From NCBI GenBank assembly GCA_958009085.1, contig OY253675.1, forward strand, positions 434,001 through 498,000: a DNA stretch of 64,000 nt, written 5' to 3'. The DNA is from Protoeuglena noctilucae. Taxonomy: Eukaryota. This document shows, piece by piece, positions 51,501 to 62,833 of this stretch. The position numbers were made by a program, and so were the translations under genes. Position 1 is the stretch's first letter, and every line of letters starts with the position of its first letter. The notes under the pieces are model-generated. The model saw nothing but the letters and a program-made list of their open reading frames with translations. It was not told where the DNA came from and did no database searches.

Positions 51501-52608
51501 TGGGGGATGGCTTCTGGGAAATGACCACCCCCACGGCCAATCAACTGAGGGCGCTGAGGGAGATGCTGCTCAAAGCGGGGTACGTGCCGGATACGCACGA
51601 GGTGAGAGACTGTTGTTTTCTAATGAGTTATGTATAAGTATAATTATATTGGAAAGTATACTGTTGTGTGAGATGGTATGGGGCAGGCAGACACGAGGCC
51701 CTTAAATATCACCATATATTCAATCATTCAAACACAATCATTCTTATACTTTCTATTTGTAATCTTCGCAGCCATCCCCTTACTCGGTTCGTGCTGCGGA
51801 GGGACTGGTGGATCGATTGCGTCTGGGCAGAGAAGAGGACTGGCACACGGTGCAGCACGTGTTCAACCCGGTATTGCAGAGGCACTTCCAGGTAAGTCAG
51901 AAAGCGAGTAGAGTTATTTAATAGCTACAAGGTTGATTGCAAGGTTGCTTACTGGTTGTGTTGATACGCAGCTGTGGTTGTCGTCACAGTAATAGTTATA
52001 GTGACGGTCATATTACTATAATGAGTAATAATAATATCACTGGTATGATCATCCATACTTTAACCACTCCACCCTCCCAACCCCCCCAGGTGGTGCGCCA
52101 CGCGGCGCAGGGCACTCTGGCAGACTACGTGCCAGACAACCGCCAGGATCACACTCTGCCGGATCCGAGAATGGACGTGGCATGCGAGGACGTCATCGGT
52201 CAGTTCGCCAGGGCTTGTCAGTTGGGGGTGTCGGGTGGCAGGGGTGGTGGGGAGGGGGGCAGGGGGCGGGGGAGTGGGGGGGCGGGGGTGAAGAGGAAAG
52301 CGGAGGGGGAGGGGGAGGAGGTGGGGGAGGGGGAGGTGATGAGGTGAGGGGTGGGGTGGGGAGTGGTCATGGTGTCACTATGTAGCGGATGCAAGGAATT
52401 TGATGCTTTCTCACCCCACCCCACCCACTTCTTTCAACGCTTACACCTCCCCACCCCTACCCCCACCCCCCCCAGGCTCCACGCCGAGGGCCGTCTGTCC
52501 ACCCTGACCGTCCCATCTCTCAAGTCCTTCCTAGCGAGCAAGGGGCTGCACGTGACGGGGAAGAAGGCCGATTTGATCGAGAGGATCGGGAACTATCTGG
52601 CGAAATAA
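48581..52608 (+). CDS. KU70: Ku70-like DNA end-binding protein (divergent)
   Basis: vWA-like N-terminus (HAVVFFG, VYVYTDDD), RKRAYRTLPLCIG, GIRVVGFIP...FLYPD, FLTLHQAMLARGVVAVA, FNPVLQRHF, DHTLPD and a C-terminal SAP domain LTVPSLKSFLASKGLHVTGKKADLIERI. Stop TAA at 52608. Confidence 0.85.
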
Positions 52609-53027
52609 CGATTGCGATGAATGGGGGGGTGATCATTGTGCGAGGGGATTGGGAACTACGTGGCGAAATAGTGAGCCAATTACTGTGGTTAATACTGTGG
52701 TCATTTCCATTCCTTCGTGTCTGCTTTAATGAGGCTTCTTCCCCTCGGGCGCGAGCATCGATGTCAGCAGCGGGCCTGGTCATGATGTCAAATCTTTCGA
52801 CACCCTTTCAAGCGACCCGCACTGCACCACATCCATGCCGACACGCAAACGAGCATCCAACAGCCATGTCTCCACATCAGACATGTCTGCAAGACAGTCA
52901 TAGATTTGTTTGACAAAAACACATGCCAGTACTGACACCATGGCAGAGCCTACTTTACAGAAAATCCTTTTCTGTGTAACTCACAGGTGTCCAATTCAAA
53001 CCGTGACTGAATCAAAGCGCCGTCCCG

Positions 53028-56000
53028 TCAAGCCTCGCCGTGCAGCTCCCCCAGAAACCCCGCCAGGCACCCCACCTCGTGCAAAAGCCCCCCCACGCGG
53101 CCCCAGCCCCGCCCCAGCTCGCCGCGCACCACCCGCGCCCGCCGCCGCAGCGCCCCGTGCGCCTGGATCAGCCCCGCGTGCGCGTCCAGCACCACGCGCA
53201 GCACGGCGTTGACCGCGTCAAAGTTGCGCTTTGCCCGCAGCTCGGCTTCCGCGAACGACAGCAGCGCTGCCACGCGCCCCACCTCCTCCGCCGTCGCAGC
53301 CGCCTCGTCCGGGACCTCCAGCGCGCGGATCTCCGCATCCAGGGCGCTCGGCTTCATCGACCGCACCGCAGCCACGGCGCTCGTGAAGTCCCCGGACCTC
53401 TCGCACCTCCGCAAAAGCGCGATGAAGTCCGAGTCGCCCCCACGTGCGTTCGTGCGCAGGATGCGCGACCCGGGCCCGCCGGCCGCGTCCTCGTCGCCGC
53501 TCTCGCTCCCGCTCTCCCCCTCGCGCTCCCCGCCCCCCTCCAGGTCAAACACAGGGTTGCGCCCCATCGCCGCGCCCGAGGCGGTCGGAAGGAAGAACGG
53601 CGCCTGGGCTGGCTTGCGGGGTGGCTGCACGGGCTTGCTGCGCTCCCGGATCGCGGCGAGGTCCGCGAGGGACGCCCACTGGGCTCGCGGCAGGAGGGAC
53701 GTGGTGACGAGCTCGGGCGCCACCGGCAGCGGCGTCCCTGCGTGCGTGAAAGGGCAGCGTTCTCGAGTGTTTGACGATGGCACACTGTGCAAACAATGCT
53801 CGCAAGCGTGCCACCCCGCCTGCTCGCCTGTCGCGGGGTCGACCCGCTGCCCCGCCTCCGCCTCCGCACCCATCTCGGTGTCCTCCTCCTCATCGCTCCT
53901 ATCCGTCTCATCACTCTCATCTCCCGCATCACTGGATGACTCCGCAACCTCCACGTCCGCCCCCGGTGCTGGCAGCCCGCACCGCACGGGCCGCTCGCTG
54001 CCCGCGCGCAGGTTGGCGGGGTTGCCGAACAGCGCCTGGTTGGACCAAAGATAGATGCCTCGTCGGTTGGCGTGCGTGGTGGCCAGGAGGTCCATGGTGG
54101 GGCTCAGCGACAGCGACGTCACTGCGAGAGGGGAGAGAGGAGGTGGCGGGTTCAGCGGGTGAGCAAGTGAGGGGAATGAGAGCGAGCGAGTGGGGGTGTG
54201 AGGGAGCGTGCCTTACCGGGTGCGCCCAGGACCATGACTTGCAGGCAGCGTGAGTTAGGCACGTCCCACGCCCTGACGTGGCCGTCCATGGCCGCTGACA
54301 GGAGCCACCGTGCGTCAGAGCTGAAGGCCATGTCGGTCACGCGGTCGGTGTGGCCTCGGAAGCGCCTCACAATCCTGCGGGTTAAAGAAAGCGCAAGGAT
54401 TGGTGCCGTGGTCGGGGAAAGCATTGGCAGCTACTGTTGTCGAGGCATGGGGGCCTAACAATACGCCATGCATTCATGGCGGAGGTCATGCCACCGCATG
54501 CACCGGCAAGCCACGGCGTCCCAGACCGTGATCCCATGGTCCTCCCCAGCCAGTGCCACCAGGGCGCTGTGGCGGTGATGGGCCATGCGCAGGACACTGC
54601 GGGGGCATGAAGAGACCAAGGATGGTGAGTAACTTGCCCAGCCCCAGCCCTGCTCTGTCCCACCTACTCCACACAGCCCAGGCCCAGCCCCTCGCCAGCC
54701 CCTCCTCTCACCGTACACCCACGTGAGCCTCGGCGATGAGCCGGCGTGACTTGAACCCCCACACCCGCAGGTAGCCGTCGGTGGAGCACGAAACGGCGTA
54801 CTGGTTGCACGCATCCGACGACACGCCCGTCACGGCCCCGCTGTGCGCGTTAGTCTCTGGCGTTTCGCCAGAATCCACGAACGATTTCAGCCCCGCGTCT
54901 TTCCCGTACAGACCCTGTGGGTGGTAAGGGAGCAGGAGGGTCGGCGCTGAGTGGCACAGCCGCGGTCGTCCCTGGCAATGCTAAGGTCTCCTTGTGTCAC
55001 AAACACGATAACAGGCAAACACAGCCCTGCGCCCTCGCCTTGCCGCGCTGGTACGCGCCCCGGTGCAGCCCCGACTGCATGTTGTAGCGGTCCACGCGAC
55101 CGGCGGCCGAGCCGACGAGCGCGAAGTTGCCGCAGGACGAAAGGCAGACAGCCGTCACAGGTGCGTTGGGCACAGGGTCGTCTCGGTCTCTCGGAGGCAC
55201 GAGCACCCAGTCACCCAGGCACCCGTCCCGCAGGCGCCACGTGTAAGCACGAGAGTCGCCCTCGTGAGCCGTCACGACGTTGGCCCAGTCGCGCTCCCGC
55301 ACCTGTGCCGCGTCCAACGCCACCACTGCGATGCGAAGATACAAGCAGTCTGGTTCATAACAACTGTAGTCACCGAGAAGCCCCAGCCATGGGCATTGTC
55401 ACTCAGCCAACCCCGGCCACCACCGCACGCACCTCGCGGCAGCTTGAGCTCCTCCTCCTTGACCCGCAGCCGCTTGGCACGCCTCCCCACGTGACCCTGA
55501 CTCAGCTCCCGGCTCTGCTGGTCCTGCAAAAGTGGCGCCGGGTTGACACTTGACCGCCCCACCTCAACCCCGCTCCCCACTGTAACAGCACGCCGAGCAG
55601 CTCGGCAAAACAGATAAACAAACAAGCCAGCAACCTTGCCTGGATAGCGCTGAAGAGTCGGAAGGAGCGGTCGTGTCCGGCAGAAAGCAGGCGCGTACCG
55701 TCGCCGTAGTGTCGCACCACGGACGGAGGGGCTGAGTGACCCGCACGGAAGCGCAGCAGGCGATGGGAGCCGTCCGCGTTGTCGAAGATCCAGTGCTTTA
55801 CTGCGAGGGGCGCATGCGCAGCAGTTGGAGATCCCGTGCTGCCCTGCTGCCTGGCTCTCGTGCGCGTCCTCCTGTGATGCCCCTGTCCCACAGGGTGGCC
55901 TGAGGGGCGCCTGGCCGGGCCAAGCGCTGCCCCGCGACTCACGTGCGTTGTCGGTGGCGGCGGACATGAGGACGGGCTCCCCAGGGAAGAAGTGGAGGCA

Positions 56001-57256
56001 GAGGAGAGTCCCGTCGTGGGCCTCCCGAATGACCCCACGAAGCCGGCGCTCGTCCAGGTCCCACAAAGTCACCACGCCCGCACCGCCGCCGGCCGCCAGG
56101 AGCGCCGGGCCGGGGCCGGTGCGGAAGCTCAGCGCCGTGACGGCACGGCCGGCGGCCGCCGCACCCGGGCCGAACCCCCGTGCCCCGACTCCCTTGTGCC
56201 CCAGCAGCCGGTCGGCCTCAGCCCCGCCGCCCGCCGCGTTCTCCAGTGTCATAATCACTTCGTCGAAGCGGAGGTTGACCACCACGCACCGCCCGTCTGC
56301 CAAGCCGACGCCGACCGTGTCGAGGGCGGGGGAGGGGGCGATGCAGCGAACCGCGGACCCCAACGACGCGAACTGCGTGAAAAGAGGCTAAACGACCGTG
56401 TGTTAAGTCCCCAAGCTGCGGCACTATGTCTGCGCTGGCGCCACCCATTACGCTCTCTTCAAGAAAAAGCCCCATCCCACGCACCTCGTACACTCGCTTG
56501 CCCGAGACGAAGTTCCACAGCTGCATGCGGCCGTCCCGCGCGCCCAGGACAACCTTGTTGACATACGTGTCCGGGTGCGCCATGCACGACGGCTCGAACC
56601 CCTCCTCCAGCAGCACCTCCACATCCGGTCCGCCCGCACCGGGCTCCTTCCCGGACACGTCCCAAGCGAGGAGGCGTCGATCGGAGCCGAGGGTGAGGAG
56701 GTAGTCCCCGATGACCATCATGTGCACGATGCGAGCGCCCGGGTGGGCCGGCAGGACCGGCAGGGCCTGGACGCGGCGGCAAACGCTCACGCTACCGTCG
56801 CGCAGTGCCGCGAAAGTCAGGTCGCCGCGCACGGCGAGGCCGTTGACTTCAGCGGGGAGCTGCGGCGGGGGCAGGAGCGAAGGGTTTGCGTGCCTCGCCA
56901 CGGAGGTGCAGCGAGCAGCGGTCGCGTGTCGGTGCAGGCAGGGAGAAACACCTGTGGCCCGATGAGCTTCAGCAGCATGCGACCCGCATCGTATATGTGC
57001 CACGCGCGGCCCACCGAGACGGTCACGTAGGTCTCCTGCGCAGGGGGGCCGTCACGCGGGGTCTCCATGATGTAACAGTCCTGACTTGGCATCTTTAGAC
57101 GACAAGCTACGTGCGACTGCAGCAAGCCGCCGGGTTTGACGCCCGCGCGCGACCCCGCGCGGTCACCTTGCCACGCCGCTGGACGGCAAAGGGTACGTCG
57201 TCGCTGACGTACCCCAGCGCCCGGAAGGGCCGGAACAGAGGAGCGGTCTCATTCAT
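53028..57256 (-). CDS. UTP21: U3 snoRNP WD40 protein UTP21/WDR36
   Basis: LFRPFRALGYVSDDVPF, HPDTYVNKVVLG, DNALKHWIFD, LLRFRAGHSAPP, SRELSQG, RERDWANVVTAH, CGNFALVG, VRRFRGHTDRVTD and PKPAQAPFFLPT-like C-terminal Utp21 segment. Confidence 0.95.
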
Positions 57257-57700
57257 GATGGCCCTGGACTGGCTCGGGGCAGCGTATAATCGGTCTCGAC
57301 GGCGCGCCCGCAAGGGGAGCAGCCGCCCTGGGGGCGGGACGACGGGAGGCCGCCCAGGACTCCGATGCCCCGCAAAGTGCGAGCGCCCACAACCTGGAGC
57401 AAAGATAGGATAGGTGGCTTACACGAAGACAGCACAGAGCGACGGTTTGCAAAGCTGCTGAGTCTTACGGACCTGGCGTGTGGTTTGGCGACGCCAGGAC
57501 AACCTATGCGCGCCCGCCGGTAGCATCAGCGGGTTGATGAAGCCTAGGAAAGCATTGCGTCGAGGAACGGCTTCTGGCGGGCTTCGTCTGGCGCTGTCAC
57601 AGCCAGAGCCTGCTCCTTTGTGCACCAGCCTCGCCAATCTCTCCCATTAGACCCAAGCATCCATCACATTGGCTGAGTACGTGAGATAGGGGAAGGACTC

Positions 57701-59779
57701 ATGACCCCCGGGCCACCATCCCCTGCGGGGGGACGCACGCTGTGCGAGCAAAGTGGGACGATAATCGAGCGTCAGGCGAGGGATGCTAGTCCATGGCGAC
57801 AAGCGCTGCCGCCGCATTCCAATGGACAGAACCATCCGAGTTCCACGCTGTCGCCGCCGGAGATTGAGGCGCGGCGGAGGGAGGCGCGAAGAAATGCGGC
57901 GGGCTTTCTTGCTCCCTGCAGATCGGCGATTCCTCGGTCCCTTCCCTCCCTGATATTCTGCCGCTGGAGTACGTTTTGAGAACGGACGAGCTGCGGAGGG
58001 ACAGCGGTGAGCCTGGCAGGCGTCTGCAGCGACATGAGTTTCGCAGAGCCGGCAAGTGTTGGATTCGTCCTGATTCATCCTGCTTGTGGCTTGCGTCCCA
58101 CAGGTGCGCTGGCAGGGACACCGCACATTGGTGCCGGGGTCGAGAGGGAGCAGGCCGAGGATGGAGAGGCCACGGACGACGATGGGATGATCGCGGACGT
58201 CCATGCCGTACCCAAGGCTTCTGGGATTTGGGGGATCTGGGGCGGCGTCCGGGACTTTGCAGTGGACGGTGACGTGCTAGGAATCGCTCTGGCCACTGGG
58301 AGAGCTCACTGTCGTGCCCATCACGCATCACAGTCGATGCTCGCTTATGCGCTGCCTTAATCTCCGCCCCCGCAGCCGCCGGCGCGGTGGGTGTCGCCTG
58401 GGACACCGCTCAAGTCATGCTCGCCTCGCTGGGGATCTCGGACCCGCCGTGCCAGTCGGGGCCGGAGCACGCAGCACGTCTCGAAGACACGGTCGCCATC
58501 ACGGGGCACGGTGACCGAATCCCGTCGCCTGCAGCTGACAGCCAGTCCATTAGCCCGTGTAGCTGCAGATTTTTACAATTGCTAGGACTAGTCCACGGCT
58601 CACACCCAGTCCCTTTGCATGCAGATACCACCACGGAGGTTGCGGTCGTGGTGCGCTCGGGGCCCGAGTCGTCCCCGCGCGTGCGCGTCTTCCAGGTCAC
58701 CCTCGGCAAGTCCAATAGGGACCAAGAGCCCCCGCCGCCGGTAGCCGAGCTCTCCGATCCGGCCATGTGCGGCGCGACGTGCTGCCGGTGGCGCCCCCAC
58801 GGGGGCCGTGCGCTGGCCATCGGGTGCGAGGGCGGGGTGTGTTTGGCTGCTCTCTGCGGTCCCGACCTCGCGGGGAGCGGCGCGCAGAGCCAAGCCATCC
58901 CGCTGGGGGGCGCCGCTGTCGCTGGGGAGTCTGCGGCTGGGAGCTCCATTCGCTTTCTGCCCTCGGGCGCCGGATCGGGGGTGCCCGTGGTGTGTTTGGC
59001 CTGGTCGCCGTGCGGGCGGCTGCTGGCCGGGGCGCTCGCCAGCCGGCGGGGGCTGCGGGTGTGGGACGTCGCGAGGGGCTCGTGTGCGGCGCTGGGGACG
59101 GGGCGGCGGGCGGTGCGCCTGCTGCGGTGGTCGCCCGGGGGAGGGCGGCTCTTGGCGGGCCTGGAGGGCGGCACGCTGGCTGTCTTTGACACGGCGCGGT
59201 GGGGGCGGGAGGAGTGGCAGAGGGGCGCGGCGTCGGCGGGAGAGGTGGGCGGGGCGGCCTGGTCCCCCGACGGCGCCGCCGCCATCTTTTGCTTCGAGGG
59301 TACGCGGCACCTCGCGCAGCTGGCCTTCCTGGGCCCGCCGCCCTCGCTGGCGGCCCAGCTGGCGCCCCTGACTCCGCACGAGCTCAGTTACACGCTGCCC
59401 GAGTGGGGGGGCGACGGTGCCGCCGATTGCATCGGTGAGTCGCGCGCGTGCTTGCGAGGGCAGGTCGTGGCATTGGACGGAGCGCGAGTGCTGTAGCGGT
59501 GTCGCACCCGCAGTGGCCAGCTTGGCCTGGGACCCGTCCGGCAGGCGACTGGCGGTGGCGGTGCGGGGCAACCATCCGGCGGCGGGGCAGGTCGCGCTCT
59601 TCTCCGTGACGACCGGGGCCCTGATCCAGTCCCTGACGTTCGTGGGATGGGTCGTGCCGCCGCACCACGCCGAGGACCCTGCGGTAGCCGTGCAGTTCCA
59701 GGAAGGCGGGCAGAAACACGCCGTGCTCGGCGCGCTGCACGCGTCGGGCAGGATCAGTCTCTACCCGCTCTTCATTTGA
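57701..59779 (+). CDS. Aladin (AAAS)-like WD40 nucleoporin
   Basis: N-terminal PPSPAGGRTLCE, CCRWRPHGGRALAIGCEGGVCL, LAWSPCGRLLA, VWDVARG, LLRWSPGG and VASLAWDPSGRRLAV. This resembles the Aladin layout. Confidence 0.72.
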
Positions 59780-60114
59780 AAGGAGAGCGAGCGACAACGT
59801 GCTGCACTTGAAACTCGCCAGAAGCTGCTTCTTTCAACGCAATGTGGCCATTGCGACAGTGTCAACAATTTCATTGTTAAGCGAGGCACATGTCGTCAGC
59901 TTTTGCGAGTGAGCAGGGGCCCCAGGTCCAGCGAAGCAAGCATTCACGGGCCGAGGTGTGAAGATGCTCACGCGCCATGCGCAAAAACGCTTCTCAGTTG
60001 GATCTATATCAGTCTTCAAGTTCCCCTGCTCACTCCGCAAGCTCTCCTGTAGCGCAGCGGCGTCGACTGCAGGAGAAACAGCGGCTGGAGAGGTCGCGGC
60101 GCGCAGCGGCGTTG

Positions 60115-61032
60115 ATGGCGGACGCTGCCGAGCTTTACCTCGTTCGCCACGGTGCGACGGACTGGAACGTGGAGGGGCGCATCCAGGGGCAGATGGAACC
60201 GGGCCCCGGCCTCAACCAAGAGGGCCAAGCGCAGGTGCGGGGCATCGCGTGACTCACAAAGGGTGGACCTGTCGTGACCCCTGCAATCGTCCAGCAAGAT
60301 GCTTCCCTCCCGTGCAGGCCTCGCAACTCGCCGAGCACCTGGTTGGCGCTGGTCCCTTCCACGCGGTCTACAGCAGCGACCTGCTGAGGTGCCGACAGAC
60401 CGCCACTGCGATATCGACCCAACTGGGCGACGCGGCGCCCCTGCACTTCCGCCCGGACCTGAGGGAGCGCGCATTAGGCGTCTTGGAGGGCCTGACGTGG
60501 TCTGAAGCGCGCGCAAGGCGAGTCTTCTGGGTCCATATGCGGTAGCGACCACTTGGCAAGCGAGAGATGACGACCTTACGCCATCGCGATCACACTGCCA
60601 CTGCAACCCACAGGGAGCCGGATGCATGCGTGGCTGCGGTGCGGGGTTCGGAGGACGAGGAGGTGCCTGGAGGAGGGGAGTCGCTTTGGCAAGTGCGGTC
60701 GCGCATCGTGGGGGCGGTGCATTCGATCGCGGCGCGGCATCGGGGGCAGCGCGTCGTGGTGGTGACGCACGGAGGTTGTTTACAACAGCTCTACTGCAGC
60801 TGCATGGGTGAGTGCGCGCGGGTGCCCGGGGGCCGCTCACATGCGCAAGCAGACCGGTGAATGACGGTGCACGTGCGCTGCAGGGAACTTGTACAAGGGC
60901 ACAGTGGGCAACTGCTCGCTGAGTGTGGCGGTGGCGGATGGTCGCGAGGTGCGGTTGACGCGGTGGTGCGAGGAGGGCTTCCTGTCGACGCCCAGCACAG
61001 CTGCGCACGGCGGGGGAGCGCGGGCCGGCTGA
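60115..61032 (+). CDS. histidine phosphatase superfamily (PGAM-like) protein
   Basis: LYLVRHGATDWN (RHG motif), VYSSDLLRCRQTA, LRERALGVLEG, GGGESL, VVVVTHGG and GNCSLS. Four exons ending at TGA 61032. Confidence 0.92.
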
Positions 61033-61565
61033 GGACTTTGCTTTGTTTTGCCAATGAAGCTTCGTTGAAAAGCCCGAGCTGGTAAAACGAGGGCTGCTGA
61101 CGGAGCTGCACCGACTCGCATGCCCCGTCAGCGTGCTGCAGCTGTATGCCAGCCCTTCGTTGCACGCTTGAGCCTGGAAAGCGCCTCCTCGCCCTCCACG
61201 GTGGGTGAAAGTATCGGAGATCTGAAGACTCCTATCTCGGAGAACCCATTGCTTGGTCGCTAGGGCAAGCAGCTCCTCTGTCGTGCTCCTGCGCGCGCGT
61301 GCGCCAGCCTTGCGCATCCGTGGACCTTCTAGCAAAACCTCGCTGTTCGAGATCCCTTTCGGGACGCTGCGAGGCTGAACAAGGGCGGGGCCGGTGAGTT
61401 CGAGGACGTGGAGGGCGTGGGAGGTCGAAACGGCACGTTCAAATTCGAAATTCGATAAATTCGATCGACTGCGATGTCTCGACTCGGTTTCCGTCCCGTG
61501 GATTGCCGCGTAGACGTCCCTAGGGTGACGCTGGCAACCCCACCTCTCAGTCGCTTGCCCCGCAG

Positions 61566-62833
61566 ATGTGCGAGCTCTCACACGTTCGCGGCGTCACAGC
61601 TGCTCCCATTCGAGAGCGGCCGGCGCTGAGGGGGTGGCAGGCGCGGCCCGGGCGCCTGGTGACGTGCGCGCCTCGTCACAGGCGAGGGTTGCAGGCCCGC
61701 GCGCGTCAAGCCAGTGGGTCTTCGCCGCAGCAACCCCCTCAGATCCCACTTCATGTTTGTATGCATCTCATCCGCCCGTGGACCAGCCCTTTGGCCTTCG
61801 CTATGACGCAGGTTCACTTGCCCGCGCGGCCCCTCGCCGTGCTCGTACAAGGGCAACAAGACGAGGGAGGCGCGCGCGGTCTCTGACGCGCCCGCGGAGG
61901 ACCGCGAGCCCAGGTCACCCCACCGCGATGTGCCGGTCCCCGGCATGGCGTCGCTGGACGGCCAGGAACGACCCATGCAGGGCATGGTGGCTGGCGGTCT
62001 CTATTTCTCCCTCTACCAGTGCCCCGGCGTCCGTAGCTTCGCTTCCAGCTACGACCGTCTCCCCGCGGATCCCTATCGCGCCAACCAGTACCGCCGCTTC
62101 AACCGCCTGATATACCGTCCGGCGACGGGGGAGCTCCGAGCGGACCCTGACCCGCACTTCTACCAGAGCGCCGTGCTCAACGCGTACAACCGCGGCGACA
62201 TCCGCAAGTACCCGCCCATCGAACGAGAGACCCTCGAGCACCCCGGCTTCCGTGCGGCCATCGGGGCCTTCGTGGACCAGGCGAGTGATGGTGGGGCAGG
62301 GCGTGTGTAGTGCTAGTGGGGCTTGGTACGTGGAGTGCTGGTGGGTCCTGCCCTGCACCCCACGTGTGTGACGAAGCGTGCGCCGGCATTGCGACGGTGA
62401 TCCCTGCGCCTGGTTGCAGGTCCTAAAGCACGACCCCCAGCGTCGCGAGGTGGCGGAGGCGGGAGAGGAGCTCGACCCCATCTACGCCTTCATGATCCGC
62501 ACCGAGTGCGCCCCATCGGCGCCGGGGGTGTACCAGAAGGCCGTGGTGCCGACGCCCGAGGGAGTGCACCAAGACGGAATGGACTACGTCTCTATTACGT
62601 GCGTGGCGAGGCGGGACGTGACGGGCGGGGTGTCGTCGCTCTACTACGCCCGGGACGACCCCGCGCCTTTCGTCCAAATGGAGCTGCCGCCCGGCTTCAC
62701 CATGCTCCTGAACGACAGGATCATCTACCACCACGTCAGCAAGATCGAGGCGGTCGGGGGCGGCGAGGGCGGCTCGCGTGACGTCCTCGTGCTCACGCTC
62801 AACCGCCTCGACGGAGAGCGGCACGTGTGGTGA
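61566..62833 (+). CDS. bacterial-type 2OG-Fe dioxygenase (2OG-Fe_Oxy_2-like) with a putative transit peptide
   Basis: Exons ~61566-61681, 61812-62280 and 62420-62833. Motifs YDRLPADPY...YRRF, FYQSAVLNAYNRGDIRKY, PTPEGVHQDG (HxD), LLNDRIIYHHVS and RDVLVLT. Confidence 0.8.

Noticed and set aside
60016..61581. 521-aa minus-strand ORF
   Set aside because: It overlaps the well-supported plus-strand histidine phosphatase gene antisense and has no recognisable motifs.
35005..62833. metabolic gene cluster (iPGM, PGAM-like protein, two 2OG oxygenases)
   Set aside because: The genes are separated by unrelated housekeeping genes and belong to non-homologous or functionally unlinked families.
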